Source of the DNA: Octopus sinensis
Lineage: Eukaryota
Assembly: GCF_006345805.1 (NCBI RefSeq)
Contig: NC_043003.1
Span: 117,056,001 to 117,120,000, forward strand
Direction: 5' to 3'
DNA length: 64,000 nt
The notes under the pieces: generated by a model
Told to the model about the DNA's origin: nothing
Databases searched by the model: none
Seen by the model: only the letters and a program-made list of their open reading frames with translations
In this document: one piece after another, positions 27,698 to 40,559 of the stretch
How the letters are laid out: every line of letters starts with the position of its first letter
How positions within the stretch are numbered: position 1 is the first letter of the stretch
Translations under genes and position numbers: made by a program

Positions 27698-28099
27698 TAT
27701 TATTTAACAACAGTCCGACTTGGCTGCATGCAACGAACGAATCTATCTTATCAGAACGAAATAACTGCGTTTGGTGGCGAACCTACGAAGCCCAAAGCTA
27801 CATGGCGCTGAATCAAACTATTATTACGCTTACCACATGTTTTGAGTGCCACATTCTTTCGTTTGTCCACTAACCGTATACATGAACCTGTGTGTGTGTG
27901 TGTGTGTGTGTATAAAGTTATTCACAACTCAAAGTAAATGTAGCAGTAAGAATATACATAAACAAAATTGTATCAAGATTAATAAATAAATATTTTATGT
28001 ATCTTTCAACTGCTGGAAAGAGTCCTCAATCTCTTTGTTGTTCGGTTAATCTAATTCTTTTGTATCATATTTTGCTCTGTTTTTAATCTACCTCTCTCT

Positions 28100-28362
28100 C
28101 TATCAGTCTATCTCTATCTACCTATCTATCTACCTGTCTATCTATCTATTTATCTATCTATCTATCTACCTGTCTATCTATCTATCTGTCTATCTATCTA
28201 TCAATCTATCTCTATCTATCTATCTACATGTCTATCTATCTACCTATCTATCTACCTGTCTATCTATCTATCTATCTATCTCTATCTATCTATCTATCTA
28301 CCTGTCTATCTATCTATCTATCTATCTATCTATCAATCTATCTCTATCTATCTATCTACATG

Positions 28363-28394
<32 letters not shown>

Positions 28395-28425
28395 CCTGTC
28401 TATCTATCTATCTATTTATCTATAT
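28100..28425. repeat. (TATC)n with a higher-order duplication
   Basis: Directly visible. Confidence 0.9.
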
Positions 28426-28963
28426 GACGCATCAAACATAATCCATCCACCTGTCTAACTCCCTATTAATATACGTTCCAACAAATATCGTTTAGGGGCT
28501 AATAATCAGGAGATGCTTGCTGCTGGTTATATTTTGTTCTGCATCTCATGTCATAATTAGCATAGTTATTTAATTATCTATCAGTGCATTAATTTATCCG
28601 TGAGCCTGAAACCATGCCTTCGATCTCTCATGAAGTTAATTGGGACGCAAAGATATTGTACACAGTGGCCGAGAAAAGACAAACATTGAGAGATGCTGTC
28701 GTCTTTCTTCCTTCTCTTTCTTTCTCTCTCTCTCTCTCCCTATCACATTCATTCTTTCGTCGTCCTCTGTCCTAACTCTCTATCTCTCTTTCACTTTGTA
28801 TACATATATGTGTGTGGGGGGGGGTGAATGTAGGTCGGTAGGTATATGTACACATGTACACGCACACACACACACACACACACAAATATATATTCATATA
28901 TTTTATATATATATATATTGAATAACAATATATATATACACATTGCATATATATACACATTGA

Positions 28964-29020
<57 letters not shown>

Positions 29021-29064
29021 TATATATGTGTGTGTCTCTGTATACATATACCTACCTACCTAGA

Positions 29065-29436
<372 letters not shown>

Positions 29437-29969
29437 CATACACATGCAGATACATATTGTTGTTCATTTGTGGCAACATACATGTATGTGAATCGTTAAA
29501 ACATATGTTGATTTATTGGGCAACGAAAGGCAAGAAACATAATTAAATTCACAGTCCGCATGGCGTCTGTATCAAATTGAATGCGCAGCTTCGAATTTTC
29601 TTGCCTTCCCTTTAGAGATTGTTCTTCTCCAGCTGCAGTGATGCTGAAACTCGCTTAATCATTATCATACAGAAAAATGTGTCTTAATTCACACTGGGTC
29701 ATATCATTTGCATAATGCTTGTTAACCTGACTACCACGAGGATATTGTCAATCCACCACCACAACTTGAAATATAAAGAATATGATATTTCGAAGTATAT
29801 TATATATTTCACCAAAACGTAGTCGTTCTTACTTTGGAGGTCAACATCCTGGATACTATAGATTCCTATATTCTTGAGGCTCGGCCCATTCTAGCATTGG
29901 GTTGTAAGTTACAGCATTTTCTTCAATTATTTACATTATTTACAATTGTCCTCATCTTGTTTGTTGTTA

Positions 29970-30013
29970 ACACAACGTTTCGGCTGATAAACCCTCCAGC
30001 CTTCATTAGGTGT
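29970..30013 (-). ncRNA. type I hammerhead motif with a G5>A core substitution
   Basis: ACAC-CUAAUGA-a-GGCUG gagggUuuau CAGCC-GAA-ACGU-U-GUGU. Stems I and II pair perfectly. Confidence 0.6.
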
Positions 30014-30106
30014 CTTGGGGAAAATTCGAACCTCGGTTCTTCATTCCTAAGGTATTCTTCGATTATTATTATTATTATCATTATTATTATTATTATCACT
30101 ATTATT

Positions 30107-30656
30107 GAGTGAGAGAGCAGTGCATGTCATCAAAGTGACACTGGGGTACAAATATACGAAGACCAGTATACCCATCATGACTACCCGTCTGATAAGGGTA
30201 CACCAGGCACATGCATCACAACCATATGTGCGCGACATGGTGATCTCATAACAAGATAAACAGCGCATGACCTTGCGGGTGGGACCCAGTTAGAATTTTC
30301 TTCTGGTTGGGTAACCCATCCCACTCAAAATGTCTCTGATTAAGGGTTGTTTAAGGATGTTGAATGAAACACCCATGTTTCCAGAGGTGAATTATTCAAA
30401 CCCCAAAGAATCCCTCTCAACACATGATGCTCCCCCACTACTTCTACTCGTGATCAGAGATGCACATATCGTCAGCCACTAAGGGACATGCTCAACTGCT
30501 TACGGTCAAACAACTGACAAGCAAATCTGTGGTATTGAGCAGAATATTTGCTGTAGCCCATCTTTTATACCAAGACAAAACAATGTACATGATAACACTT
30601 GCAATCAGTTAAGATCAGAAGCCATGAGAGCCACTGCCTGGTACTGCATCAGGGCA
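30107..30656 (-). mobile_element. family C non-autonomous element inserted in (TTA)n
   Basis: About 550 bp, closely similar to 42701-43245, with TTA repeats on both sides. Orientation is inferred from an (AAT)n 3' tail. Confidence 0.8.
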
Positions 30657-30707
30657 TTTATTATCATTATTATTATCATTATTACTATTATTATTATTAT
30701 TATTATT

Positions 30708-30785
30708 CAGGTCTCAGCGTCGATTCGAACTCGTAATCTTGGGGTTAGTGGCCCGCGCTCTTAACCACTACGCCATATGCTCGTG
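30708..30785 (-). mobile_element. short tRNA-derived SINE-like head
   Basis: Minus strand: ggcgtagtggttaagagcgcgggccactaaccccaagattacgagttcgaatc (A and B boxes), then (AAT)n. Confidence 0.7.
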
Positions 30786-31117
30786 GTCAATTATGGAGGG
30801 AATTTTAGGGCTTATAAATCTAATATTTTCCTATCCTTCCATAATACCGGTTTCTATATGCTGCTCATATCTGCACTCGGTCTGCTTAGGAGGTTATTGT
30901 GTCCTAGCATATGTGCTGCTTCTTTTAGTTTTCGTATTTTCCAGTGGTGTTCTCTGCCTATTATTTTAACTTCCTCCCACAGAGGGAGGTGGTCTCCATT
31001 TTTCCGAAACGTTGTGTTAACGACAAACAAGATATGGGCAAATATCTGTCAATTGTGAATAATGTAAACAATTTACATAATTCCTCATCTCTTAAATACA
31101 GAACTGTTTTCTTTATA

Positions 31118-31535
31118 GGCGCAGGAGTGGCTGTGTGGTAAGTAGCTTGTTTACCAACCACATGGTTCCCGGTTCAGTCCCACTGCGTGGCACCTTGGGC
31201 AAGTGTCTTCTACTATAGCCTCGGGCCGACCAATGCCTTGTGAGTGGATTTGGTAGACGGAAACTGAAAGAAGCCCGTCGTATATATGTATATATATATA
31301 TATGTATGTATGTGTATGTGTGTGTCCTTGTTTGTACTCCTAGCATTGCTTGACAACCGATGCTGGTGTGTTTATGTCCCCGTCACTTAGCGGTTCGGCA
31401 AAAGAGACCGATAGAATAAGTACTGGGCTTACAAAGAATAAGTCCTGGGGTCCAGTTGCTCGACTAAAGGCGGTGCTCCAGCATGGCCGCAGTCAACTGA
31501 CTGAAACAAGTAAATGAGTAAAAGAGTAAAAGAGT
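31118..31535 (+). mobile_element. SINE family A, full length
   Basis: Matches the family A consensus. Confidence 0.92.
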
Positions 31536-31789
31536 AATTGTTAAAATTTCTTTTGTTCCCCATTGTTGTACGGAGAATTATACATTTTAATATTAATAAC
31601 GAGTTGATCTCACTTCAGTGAGTGGGACGTTGCACAATGAGGCCGCGGAGAAGGCCCCCGAAACGGCAGGCATTCTTTCCTGATGGCCCCATTAACTGGC
31701 TAGTATCCGGTATGCGGAACTTTCAATTGGTAGTACTACCAACGGAAAGTTCCGCATACCGGATGTAAATAACTTAGCTTTTTGCAAAG

Positions 31790-32290
31790 AATTTACATTT
31801 GTTCCTCGTTTCCAACGAAGAGTAAGGACATGCCATGGGAGAAGGTATGATGTCTTGACTTTCGTGTGAAATGGATTTAAGCGAGAGAGGGTGCCGCAAC
31901 GTCGTCTGCCTCACTCGGTCGACCCTTCCTATCTTACTCCAGTGGTAGGACGAAGTCAAGACGACAAGAGATGAGTCGAGATGCTGTGGATGGTCGCAGT
32001 GTTCTTCATGTTTGTCTGGCTGCCTTTTCGCCCTCCACAACGCTTGTTTGTCCGCTCTCCTGCTCGTTGAATCAATCTACTGGTTTCCTCCACGCAGTCC
32101 ACTGGGTCCGGCTATCATATGCATTGATAGACAGATTCCCGCTCGCCGAGGGTTTGAAAGCTGTCGGCAAACCTCACCATGCTTTTGGCCTCACCGATGT
32201 GTGTAAGAATGTGGGAATGAGACCCATGCTGACTGCTTCGTGCTTTTCAGCGAAGGTGTACACAGCATCCTTCCCCAATTAATAGGATTT
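31790..32290 (-). mobile_element. GC-richer decayed retroelement-like segment (possibly an RTE 3' region)
   Basis: Only weak motif resemblance (DSRTQW..WRK; YHWSKIG resembling CHSRIG). No intact frame. Confidence 0.25.
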
Positions 32291-32329
32291 ACTACAAAAT
32301 AATGCATTCATAAATAGTGAAGGGGGAAC

Positions 32330-32800
32330 GACCTAATTTGCTCTTGAAGGCTGTCGTCAATTAATCAATATCTCCTTTATGAACAATACACAATAAAAGA
32401 GAACTGAAATGCAGTCGGTGTAAGACATACTATGCAGATTTAGGGAACATAATGAGATAATCACCATTAGAAGTGGTTTCAACTCGGGAAACTTTAATTT
32501 TGGGGAAGTCAACAGTCAAGCATCCATTCAAAAGTAAACCAAACAAGGATACTGCCTGCATACAATATTATTCAAACCGATCCCTCGATTTCATTCACAA
32601 ATTACTGGACGAAATAAGTGGTTTATATATCCCATCTTCCAGAAGAGGGTTTTCTACCGGTAACCACCATTTTTCTTACGTGCCACAAATAAAACCGAGG
32701 TTTAGTCAAGATATCTTTCATGATGCTTGGCTCCTTTATATAATTCCTGCTTTATTAGATAAGCGTTTCTCAGCCACACAATATCCTAAGATATTTCCTA
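32330..32800 (-). mobile_element. Ty3/Gypsy RT remnant
   Basis: Frameshifted KAGII.RSQ.S and VLFVARKKNGGYR, typical of the Gypsy RT N-terminus. Confidence 0.45.
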
Positions 32801-32809
32801 ACATATTCG

Positions 32810-33385
32810 CGTAGGTATGTCTGTGTGGTAAGAAGCTTGTTTACCAACCACATGGTTCCCGGTTCAGTCCCTCTGCGTGGTAACTTGGGCAAGTGTCTTC
32901 TGTTATAGCCTCGGGCCGACCAAAGCCTTGTGAGTGGATTTGGTAGACGGAAATTGAAAGAAGCCTGTCGTATATATGTATATATATATATGCGTGTGTG
33001 TGTTTGTGTGTCTGTGTTTGTCCCCCTAGCATTGCTTGACAACCGATGCTGGTGTGTTTATGTCCCCGTTACTTAGCGGTTCGGCAGAAGAGACCGATAG
33101 AATAAGTACTGGGCTTACAAAAGAATAAGTCCCGGGGTCGAGTTGCTCGATTAAAGGTGGTGCTCCAGCATGGCCGCAGTCAAATGACTGAAACAAGTAA
33201 AAGTGTGAAAGAGAGAGTATATACGTGTAGGTATGTCTGTGTGGTAAAAAGCTTGCTTCCCAACCACATGGTTCCCGGTTCAGTCCCACTACGTGGCAAC
33301 TAAGGCAAGTGTTTTCTACTATAGCCTCGGGCTGTTCAAAGCATTGTGAGTGAATTTTGGTAGACGGAAACTGAAAAAAGCCAGT
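32810..33385 (+). mobile_element. SINE family A full copy plus an adjacent head fragment
   Basis: Consensus matches at 32810-33210 and 33225-33385. Confidence 0.88.
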
Positions 33386-33694
33386 CGCATATACCACTTT
33401 TGAGGTTCCATTTACTATGAAACATTTGTAGTCCGGATTTTACCTTCTTCCTCCCGAAACTCCTGTATTCTTTTTCGCACACTCCGCAAACCTGGTCGCT
33501 TACCGTGGAATATAACTAGTCGCTCATTGATAAAGAAACATAATGGGCAACCTTCCGTCTCAATAAACCACTGTTGTTCCTGAAAGTTGCTTTTTTTATA
33601 TTTACTACGGATTGCTCGAAGCTGACTGCCTTCCTACACCTCGATCTTCAAACTGTAACCACAGGTGGATGGTCTGCGTCTTCCTTTTCTCTTG

Positions 33695-33733
<39 letters not shown>

Positions 33734-33776
33734 GATAAATCTCAGAGCGAGTTATAAACAGTAGCAGCAACACATC

Positions 33777-34218
33777 GTGACGTATATTTGCCATTTGAAC
33801 ATGGCTAACCCCTAAGGGTAGATGCTACTGTAGTTTGTAGCTCCAGGAGGACACCTCCTCCAGCTGGCTATAGACACACTTTCTGTGCCCTATCAGTATT
33901 TGCGAAGGGAAGCCATCCTTCCCGACTTCAACTTATGATACACACGGACACTGGAAAAAGTATATGTATTTGTGAAGGGAACCGACTTCTCATCGACAAC
34001 TATGATTGTCACACACCGGTGATGGGTCAATACCCTGAAACTCGAGTCCGTGTGTATCATAAGTTGAAGACGGGAAGGATGGCTTCCCTTCGCAAATACT
34101 GATAGGGCACAGAAAGTGTGTCTACAGCCAGCTGGAGGAGGTGTCCTCCTGGGGCTACAAACTACAGTAGCATCCACCCTTAGGGGTTAGCCATATTCAA
34201 ATGGCAAATATACGTCAC
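33777..34218. mobile_element. fold-back element with ~173-bp inverted arms and a degenerate hammerhead at the spacer/right-arm junction
   Basis: 33777-33949 is the near-perfect reverse complement of 34046-34218. GAA-ACUCGAGU-C-CGUGUG lies at 34037-34054. Confidence 0.85.
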
Positions 34219-34249
<31 letters not shown>

Positions 34250-34519
34250 GTATATATATAGAAAGAGAGAGAGAGTGTGTGTGTGTGTGTGTGTGTGTCA
34301 CCCAGTGTTTCCTGACTGAAGCATTAATTTATTTCACATCTGCTTTGAAAATAAAACAACTGACGAACGGTGTTGTTCTCGGTTTGAAAACTGACGAATT
34401 AAATTAATGTTTCGGCAAAGAAACCACGAGAAGATGCATTTCACAAGGCTCGTGGTTTTTATCTTAAGTTTGTCTTTATTCTCTTCACTGACCGAGGGGT
34501 TGTAGCCTAATGTGTGTGT

Positions 34520-35145
34520 GTGATTGTGTTTTTCCCACCGTCACCACTTGACAACCGGCGCTGGTATGTTTACATCCCACTAACATAGTCGTTCGGCAAA
34601 CGAGATCGATAGAATTAGTACTAAGTTTAACAAAAAAATAAGTCGGTTGATTCATTCTACTAAAATTCCTAAAGCCGGTGCTCCAGCATGGCCGCAGTCT
34701 AATAACTGAAACAGGTAAAAGAAGTATAATTTCCCACGTTACTCAATCTAAACTGAAACACGCAAGATAACCCCACCCCACCCCCGTCTGTCTCATACGG
34801 AGACAATCAGCTTCCAGCTGAGGAGGGTTCACGGGTCTCACAACTCCTTGAATCGTTGTTATATGGAGCCTCTATATGACGAGTCAATGCCGTCCGATGA
34901 AGTTTACAAGAGTCCAGGAAAAGACATTAAAGATTATATTTAACTACAAAGAATACACGTTTAGACCCGACCCAGGAATACAGTATACAGACGCAGGCGT
35001 GGCTGTGGGGTAAGAAGTTTGCTCCCCAACCACATGGTTCCGAATTCAATCTTCCTGCACGGCACTTTGTGTGTCTTGGGCTAACCAAAGACTTGTTAAT
35101 GGATTTGTTAAGCGGAAACTGAAAGAAGCTCGTTATGTGTGTGCA

Positions 35146-35199
<54 letters not shown>

Positions 35200-35420
35200 T
35201 GTGTATCTTTGCGTTGGGTTTTCTCCACTACCATCACCATCACTACTACTTAGTAACCGGTGCTGGTGTGTTTATGTCCCCGTGACTTACCGCTTTGGCA
35301 CAAGACACAGATGAAATACGTACCAAGCTTTAAAACATTGAGTATAGGGGTCGATTCATTCGACTAAAACAATTCTTCAGAACGGTGCCCCAGCATGGCT
35401 AATGACTGAAACAAGTAAAA
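34520..35420 (+). mobile_element. diverged SINE family A copies (34520-34720; 34993-35420)
   Basis: Partial consensus matches. Confidence 0.7.
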
Positions 35421-35739
35421 GATTTTTTTTAAATGAAAGATCCTTTATGTGTTTACGTCTGAAAACTGTGAAATGGGCAAATTGAAGATATTGTCATAGG
35501 AACAGTCTTAACAGACACAAATCGACCCAGCACGGCAACAAGAGAAATGCGTGTCTCAGTGCGCTTGTGTGTGTGTATGTGTGTGTGTGTTAGTAAACTC
35601 ACATTTTAAGGTAAGAAACAATATACCTGAACAAAAGTGTAGTAAGCAACACGGAGTCAAAGCTTTAAGGGCTGAAACTACTTTACAGGGAGAGGAAGGC
35701 TGTGACTCACCGACGAATAAGTTCCAGTAACATCGATTT

Positions 35740-36150
35740 CAAGATTCGGCACAAGGCCAGCAATTTAGAGGGAGAAGTAAGTCGATTACTTTCACCCCAA
35801 GGATCAAATGGGAGTTATTTTATCGACACCGAAATGTTGAAAGGTAAAATCGACTTCGGCCGAATATAAAGTCACAATGCAAAGATGGACGAAATGCCGC
35901 CATGCGTGTTAAATATTTTGCTAGCTCGTCGCTTTGACTTCCAGTAATATTTTAGCACAAGGCTCGAAATTTTTGGTGAAAGGGCCAGTCGATCAGATCG
36001 ACTCCAGTACGCAACTACTACTTAATTTATCGACACTGAAACGATAAAAGACAAAGTCGACCTCGGCGGAGTTTGAACTCAGAACATTAAGACAGATAAA
36101 ACACCGTTAAGCATTTCGTCCAGCATGCTAACGATCCTGTCAGGTCGCTG
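35740..36150 (-). mobile_element. two diverged SINE family B copies
   Basis: Consensus matches. Confidence 0.7.
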
Positions 36151-36164
36151 TCTCTAGTAACATT

Positions 36165-36768
36165 GATTTGTTTCTTTATTGCCAACAGGGGGCTAAACAT
36201 AAAAGAGACAAACAAGGACAGACAAAGGGATTAAGTCGATTACATTGACCCCAATGCATAACTGGTATTTATTTAATCGACCCCAAAAGAGTGAAAGGCA
36301 AAATTGACCTCGGTGGAATTCGAACTCAGAACGTAAACACAGGTGAAATACCTATTTCTTTACTACCCACAAGTGGCTAAACACAGACAGGACAAACAAG
36401 GACAGACAAACGGATTAAGTCGATTATATTGACCCCAGTGCGTAACTGGTACTTATTTAATCAACCCCGAATGGATGAAAGGCAAAGTCGACCTCGGCGG
36501 AATTTGAACTCAGAACGTAACAGCAGACGAATTACCTATTTCTTTACTACCCACAAGGGGCTAAACACAGAGAGCACAAACAAGGACAGACAAACGGATT
36601 AAGTCGATTACATAGACACCAGTGCATAACTGGTACTTAATTTATCGACCCCGAAAGGATGAAAGGCAAAGTCGACCTCGGCGGAATTTGAACTCTGAAC
36701 GTAGCGGCAGATGAAATACCGATAAGCATTTCGCCCGGTGTGCTAACATTTCTGCCAGCACGCCGCCT
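36165..36768 (-). mobile_element. head-to-tail trimer of SINE family B (one head, three bodies)
   Basis: Three ~183-bp units joined at gaaatacc|tatttc, flanked by an approximate TSD ctctagtaacatt / ctccagtaatatt. Confidence 0.85.
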
Positions 36769-37633
36769 CCAGTAATATTACGAATGAATAATGTATGTGT
36801 GTGTTAGTAAACTCACATTTTATCGTAGGAAACAATATCATCAAGGACCACTGAGATTTCTAGTACCCACCTCAATTTCATTTATTCTTTAATCTCTTGG
36901 CCTGCACCTCCAAGTAACCATAATGGTCTGGGGACGAATATCTTACTAAATATATAAACTCTAGCATTTATATCGAGGCCCCTTTAAGTTTCTAAAATTA
37001 AATATTCTTGTATATGTTTATATGTGTGCATGTGTGTGCATGTACGATCGTATGTGTATGTATGCTTGTGTGGATGTGCATTCTTTTGTGTGTATGTGTG
37101 CTCGTGTGTGTACTCCGAGGCAACGAGTTTCTCTTCACCCTATTAGTGCGTATATTTAGAGAATCCGTCTTAAACTCCATGCCCTTAAATATCCGACATT
37201 CATTCTACATTCTATTACGAACCAACAATTTCTTATGTAACGTATTTACTATAACATATATTTTACAACTCTTCCTCTCCACTCTTCTTTCTTCGTAGAT
37301 TTAATTCTTCTATCATTGCTTCTCCTGCATACGATCGCTCGCTTTATCACTTTCACACACAACAAACGGCACACACAACAAACGGCATACACACTTGCAC
37401 GCGCACAAACTCACTCTAAACACTCTACGAAACATTGAATAAGAAACGAATTGAAGTATCGAGATAATAAATGCTGAAAGCTCTCAACGATAATTAACAG
37501 CAAGTTTTAAATTAGACTTCATGCAGACTGTGATAATTAAATTTTCTCAATAAATCTAAAAGAATTTCAACTATCAATGAGTACAAGGATTTTTAGAAAA
37601 TGTTTCGCTGTATACACAACACACACATACACA

Positions 37634-37673
<40 letters not shown>

Positions 37674-37818
37674 AGACAGTCAAGTACACATTTCAATTTA
37701 TTTCTAATCACATACATATATATATGCGCATACATATATATTTACTAATATATATCCACACATAAATATATATGTGTGTGTGTATGTATAAAATATATAA
37801 TATATATATTATATATAC

Positions 37819-37849
<31 letters not shown>

Positions 37850-37901
37850 CACACACACACATATATATATATATCTATATCTATATATATATATATATAT
37901 A

Positions 37902-37941
<40 letters not shown>

Positions 37942-37972
37942 CATATATATATATATATATATTATATATATA

Positions 37973-38004
<32 letters not shown>

Positions 38005-38606
38005 CATACATATATACATATGTATATGTCTGTGTATACATATGTATATATACATAAGTGAGTGCGTGTATGTGTGTCGCATGTTTGTATGTACGTCTGA
38101 TAACGTTGAGGTATAAGTGGGATGAACAAAGTAAGCTGACAATATACAGCATTTAATATAATGTGTCTATGATTTTAAGTTCAATTTCTAAAATGGCAGC
38201 AATGCACCTCACCCATAGGCCTATCCTATGAGTGAAGTCACAGATGCAGCAGTGGGAGCAATATATTCGCTCTCCACCTGTATGTTTTTGGACTCATCCT
38301 CCGCTTCAGGCAAATTGGCTTCTCCTGCGATTGTCCTGTTGTTGAAAGGCTTGATATAGAACGTTTGCAGATGAAAGTGCCTGTCATCTCATTGACTAGG
38401 CTGGGTTTTTTTTCCTGTTCGTGAGGGATGGCCATTATTCAGCCGTCAAATTTTTAACTTGTGGAAAGTCTTGCATATTTTTGTACTTATGATGTGTGTG
38501 TTACTTGGTTGATTTCCTTTTCTGAAAATCCAAACTTATCCAGACTGTCAGTTAGGCATTCACATATGTACACAGCGAAAGTTGTGTACGTACGTACGTA
38601 TGTATG

Positions 38607-38723
<117 letters not shown>

Positions 38724-39619
38724 TATATATGTATGTATATATACATATATAATCAAAATAAGCAACAAGAATAACTTCGGTAATTTGGTACGATCGTTTC
38801 ACGCTACATCATTTTATTAAATGTTGTAAGTATGTGTAATACTTACAACATTTAATAAAATGATGTAGCGTGAAGCGATCGTACCAAATTACCGAAGTTA
38901 TTTTGTTGCTTATCTTGATTATAACCATCCCATGGATTTATATGGAACACCATGCAAAATTCTGGTGCATCTAACTTAAGTACCATATTCATTTGAATCT
39001 AAATTTTGCTGAACTTATATATAAATATATTTATATATATGCACGTATGTATGTATGTATGTATGTATTCATGTATGTATGTATGAATACATGTATGTAT
39101 GTATGTATGTGTGTATGTATGTATGTATGTATGTATGTATGTATGTATGTATGTATGTATGTTTGTTTGAATGTATGTATGTATGTATGTTTGTTTGAAT
39201 GTATGTATGTATGACTAGGTAGACACACTATATTTTGACAGGGAAGAAGTTTCTTCGAGTGCCACGAGATCTCATGCTAGGTCCGCTACGTTCGTTACTT
39301 CTTGGTTAATGAAAATAAATGCGAGGAAATACTGGTACCGATGGCACCGCCATCTAATCTTCCTTCAAAACCGCTGACCCTCTATGGAAATCAGAAGTCA
39401 TTAATAACAAGGACTTCGGAACAAAAAATTCCACAAAATTTGGTAATTGTGCTGGTGTTTGTCAGTGTGTGAACCACTGGCATGGGGTAGACCGTTCCTA
39501 TTGAAAAACAAATCACAGTAAAATATAATGGCTTGTACACCTTCCATCATAAGTTTGTAAGATCGAGACGGTTTTGTCCCTAAGTAAAAATCTCCTGATG
39601 TTGTTGTTCTTAATAATGT

Positions 39620-39990
39620 AGGCGCAGGAGTGGCTGTGTGGTAAGTAGCTTGCTAACCAACCACATGGTTCCGCGTTCAGTCCCACTGCGTGGCACCTTG
39701 GGCAAGTGTCTTCTACTATAGCCCCGGGCCGACCAATGCCTTGTGAGTGGATTTGGTAGACGGAAACTGAAAGAAGCTTGTCGTATATATGTATATATAT
39801 ATGTGTATGTGTGTGTATATGTTTGTGTGTCTAGCATTGCTTGACAACCGATGCTGGTGTGTTTACGTCCCCGTTACTTAGCGGTTCGGCAGAAGAGACC
39901 GATAGAATATGTCTCGGGGTCGATTTGCTCGACTAAAGGCGGTGCTCCAGCATGGCCGCAGTCAAATGACTGAAACAAGTAAAAGAGTAA
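39620..39990 (+). mobile_element. SINE family A
   Basis: Matches the family A consensus. Confidence 0.9.
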
Positions 39991-40559
39991 GAGAGAGAGA
40001 GAGAGAGGAAGAGAGTTGTTCCAAACACTGAAAAGAGAACTTAATATCCATCCATTCGTTATTGCTTTCAGAAGTTAAAGTGTGATCCTTTTACCATTTC
40101 TCTTTCTCTCGTTTCAGACATGAAACTGCGGTAACTAGAAAGGTTTTTACTCGAATGAATCGAATGAATCTCTCTGACTTCTGCCTTAAGGCTACTCGTG
40201 TTTTGGTGGGTGCTCAGCCACTTGCACGGTCATTTCACGAACAGACTGTTAGAATTAACTGTAACACTCGTCGTCGTGACCGACGGAGTGCCACGACAAG
40301 AAATATATACGACGAGCTTCATTCAGTTTCCGTGTACCAAATCCACAGAGAAGGATTTGGTCGGGCCGAGGCTATGGTAGAAGACAGTTGCTCAAGGTGC
40401 TAGGCTGTGGGACTGAACCCGGAGCCATAGGCTTGGGAAGCGAGCTTATTATCACACACGTCTAACAGGTCGGGAGACTCAGTGCGTCTCCTTCCTTGAT
40501 CCATAGCGGAAAGGACTCAACAGTTGTGGAGTAGTGAGGTGGACGTACTCGAATGAATG

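Noticed and set aside
30600-30656. HDV-like ribozyme at the inferred 5' end of family C (R4 relatives can carry one)
   Set aside because: Two hairpins are visible, but I could not map the nested P1/P1.1/P2/P3 pseudoknot.
31632-31670. caatgaGGCC..GGCCcccgaaac, resembling the classic hammerhead
   Set aside because: The CUGA is missing, there are extra bases before GAAA, and there is no stem I or III.
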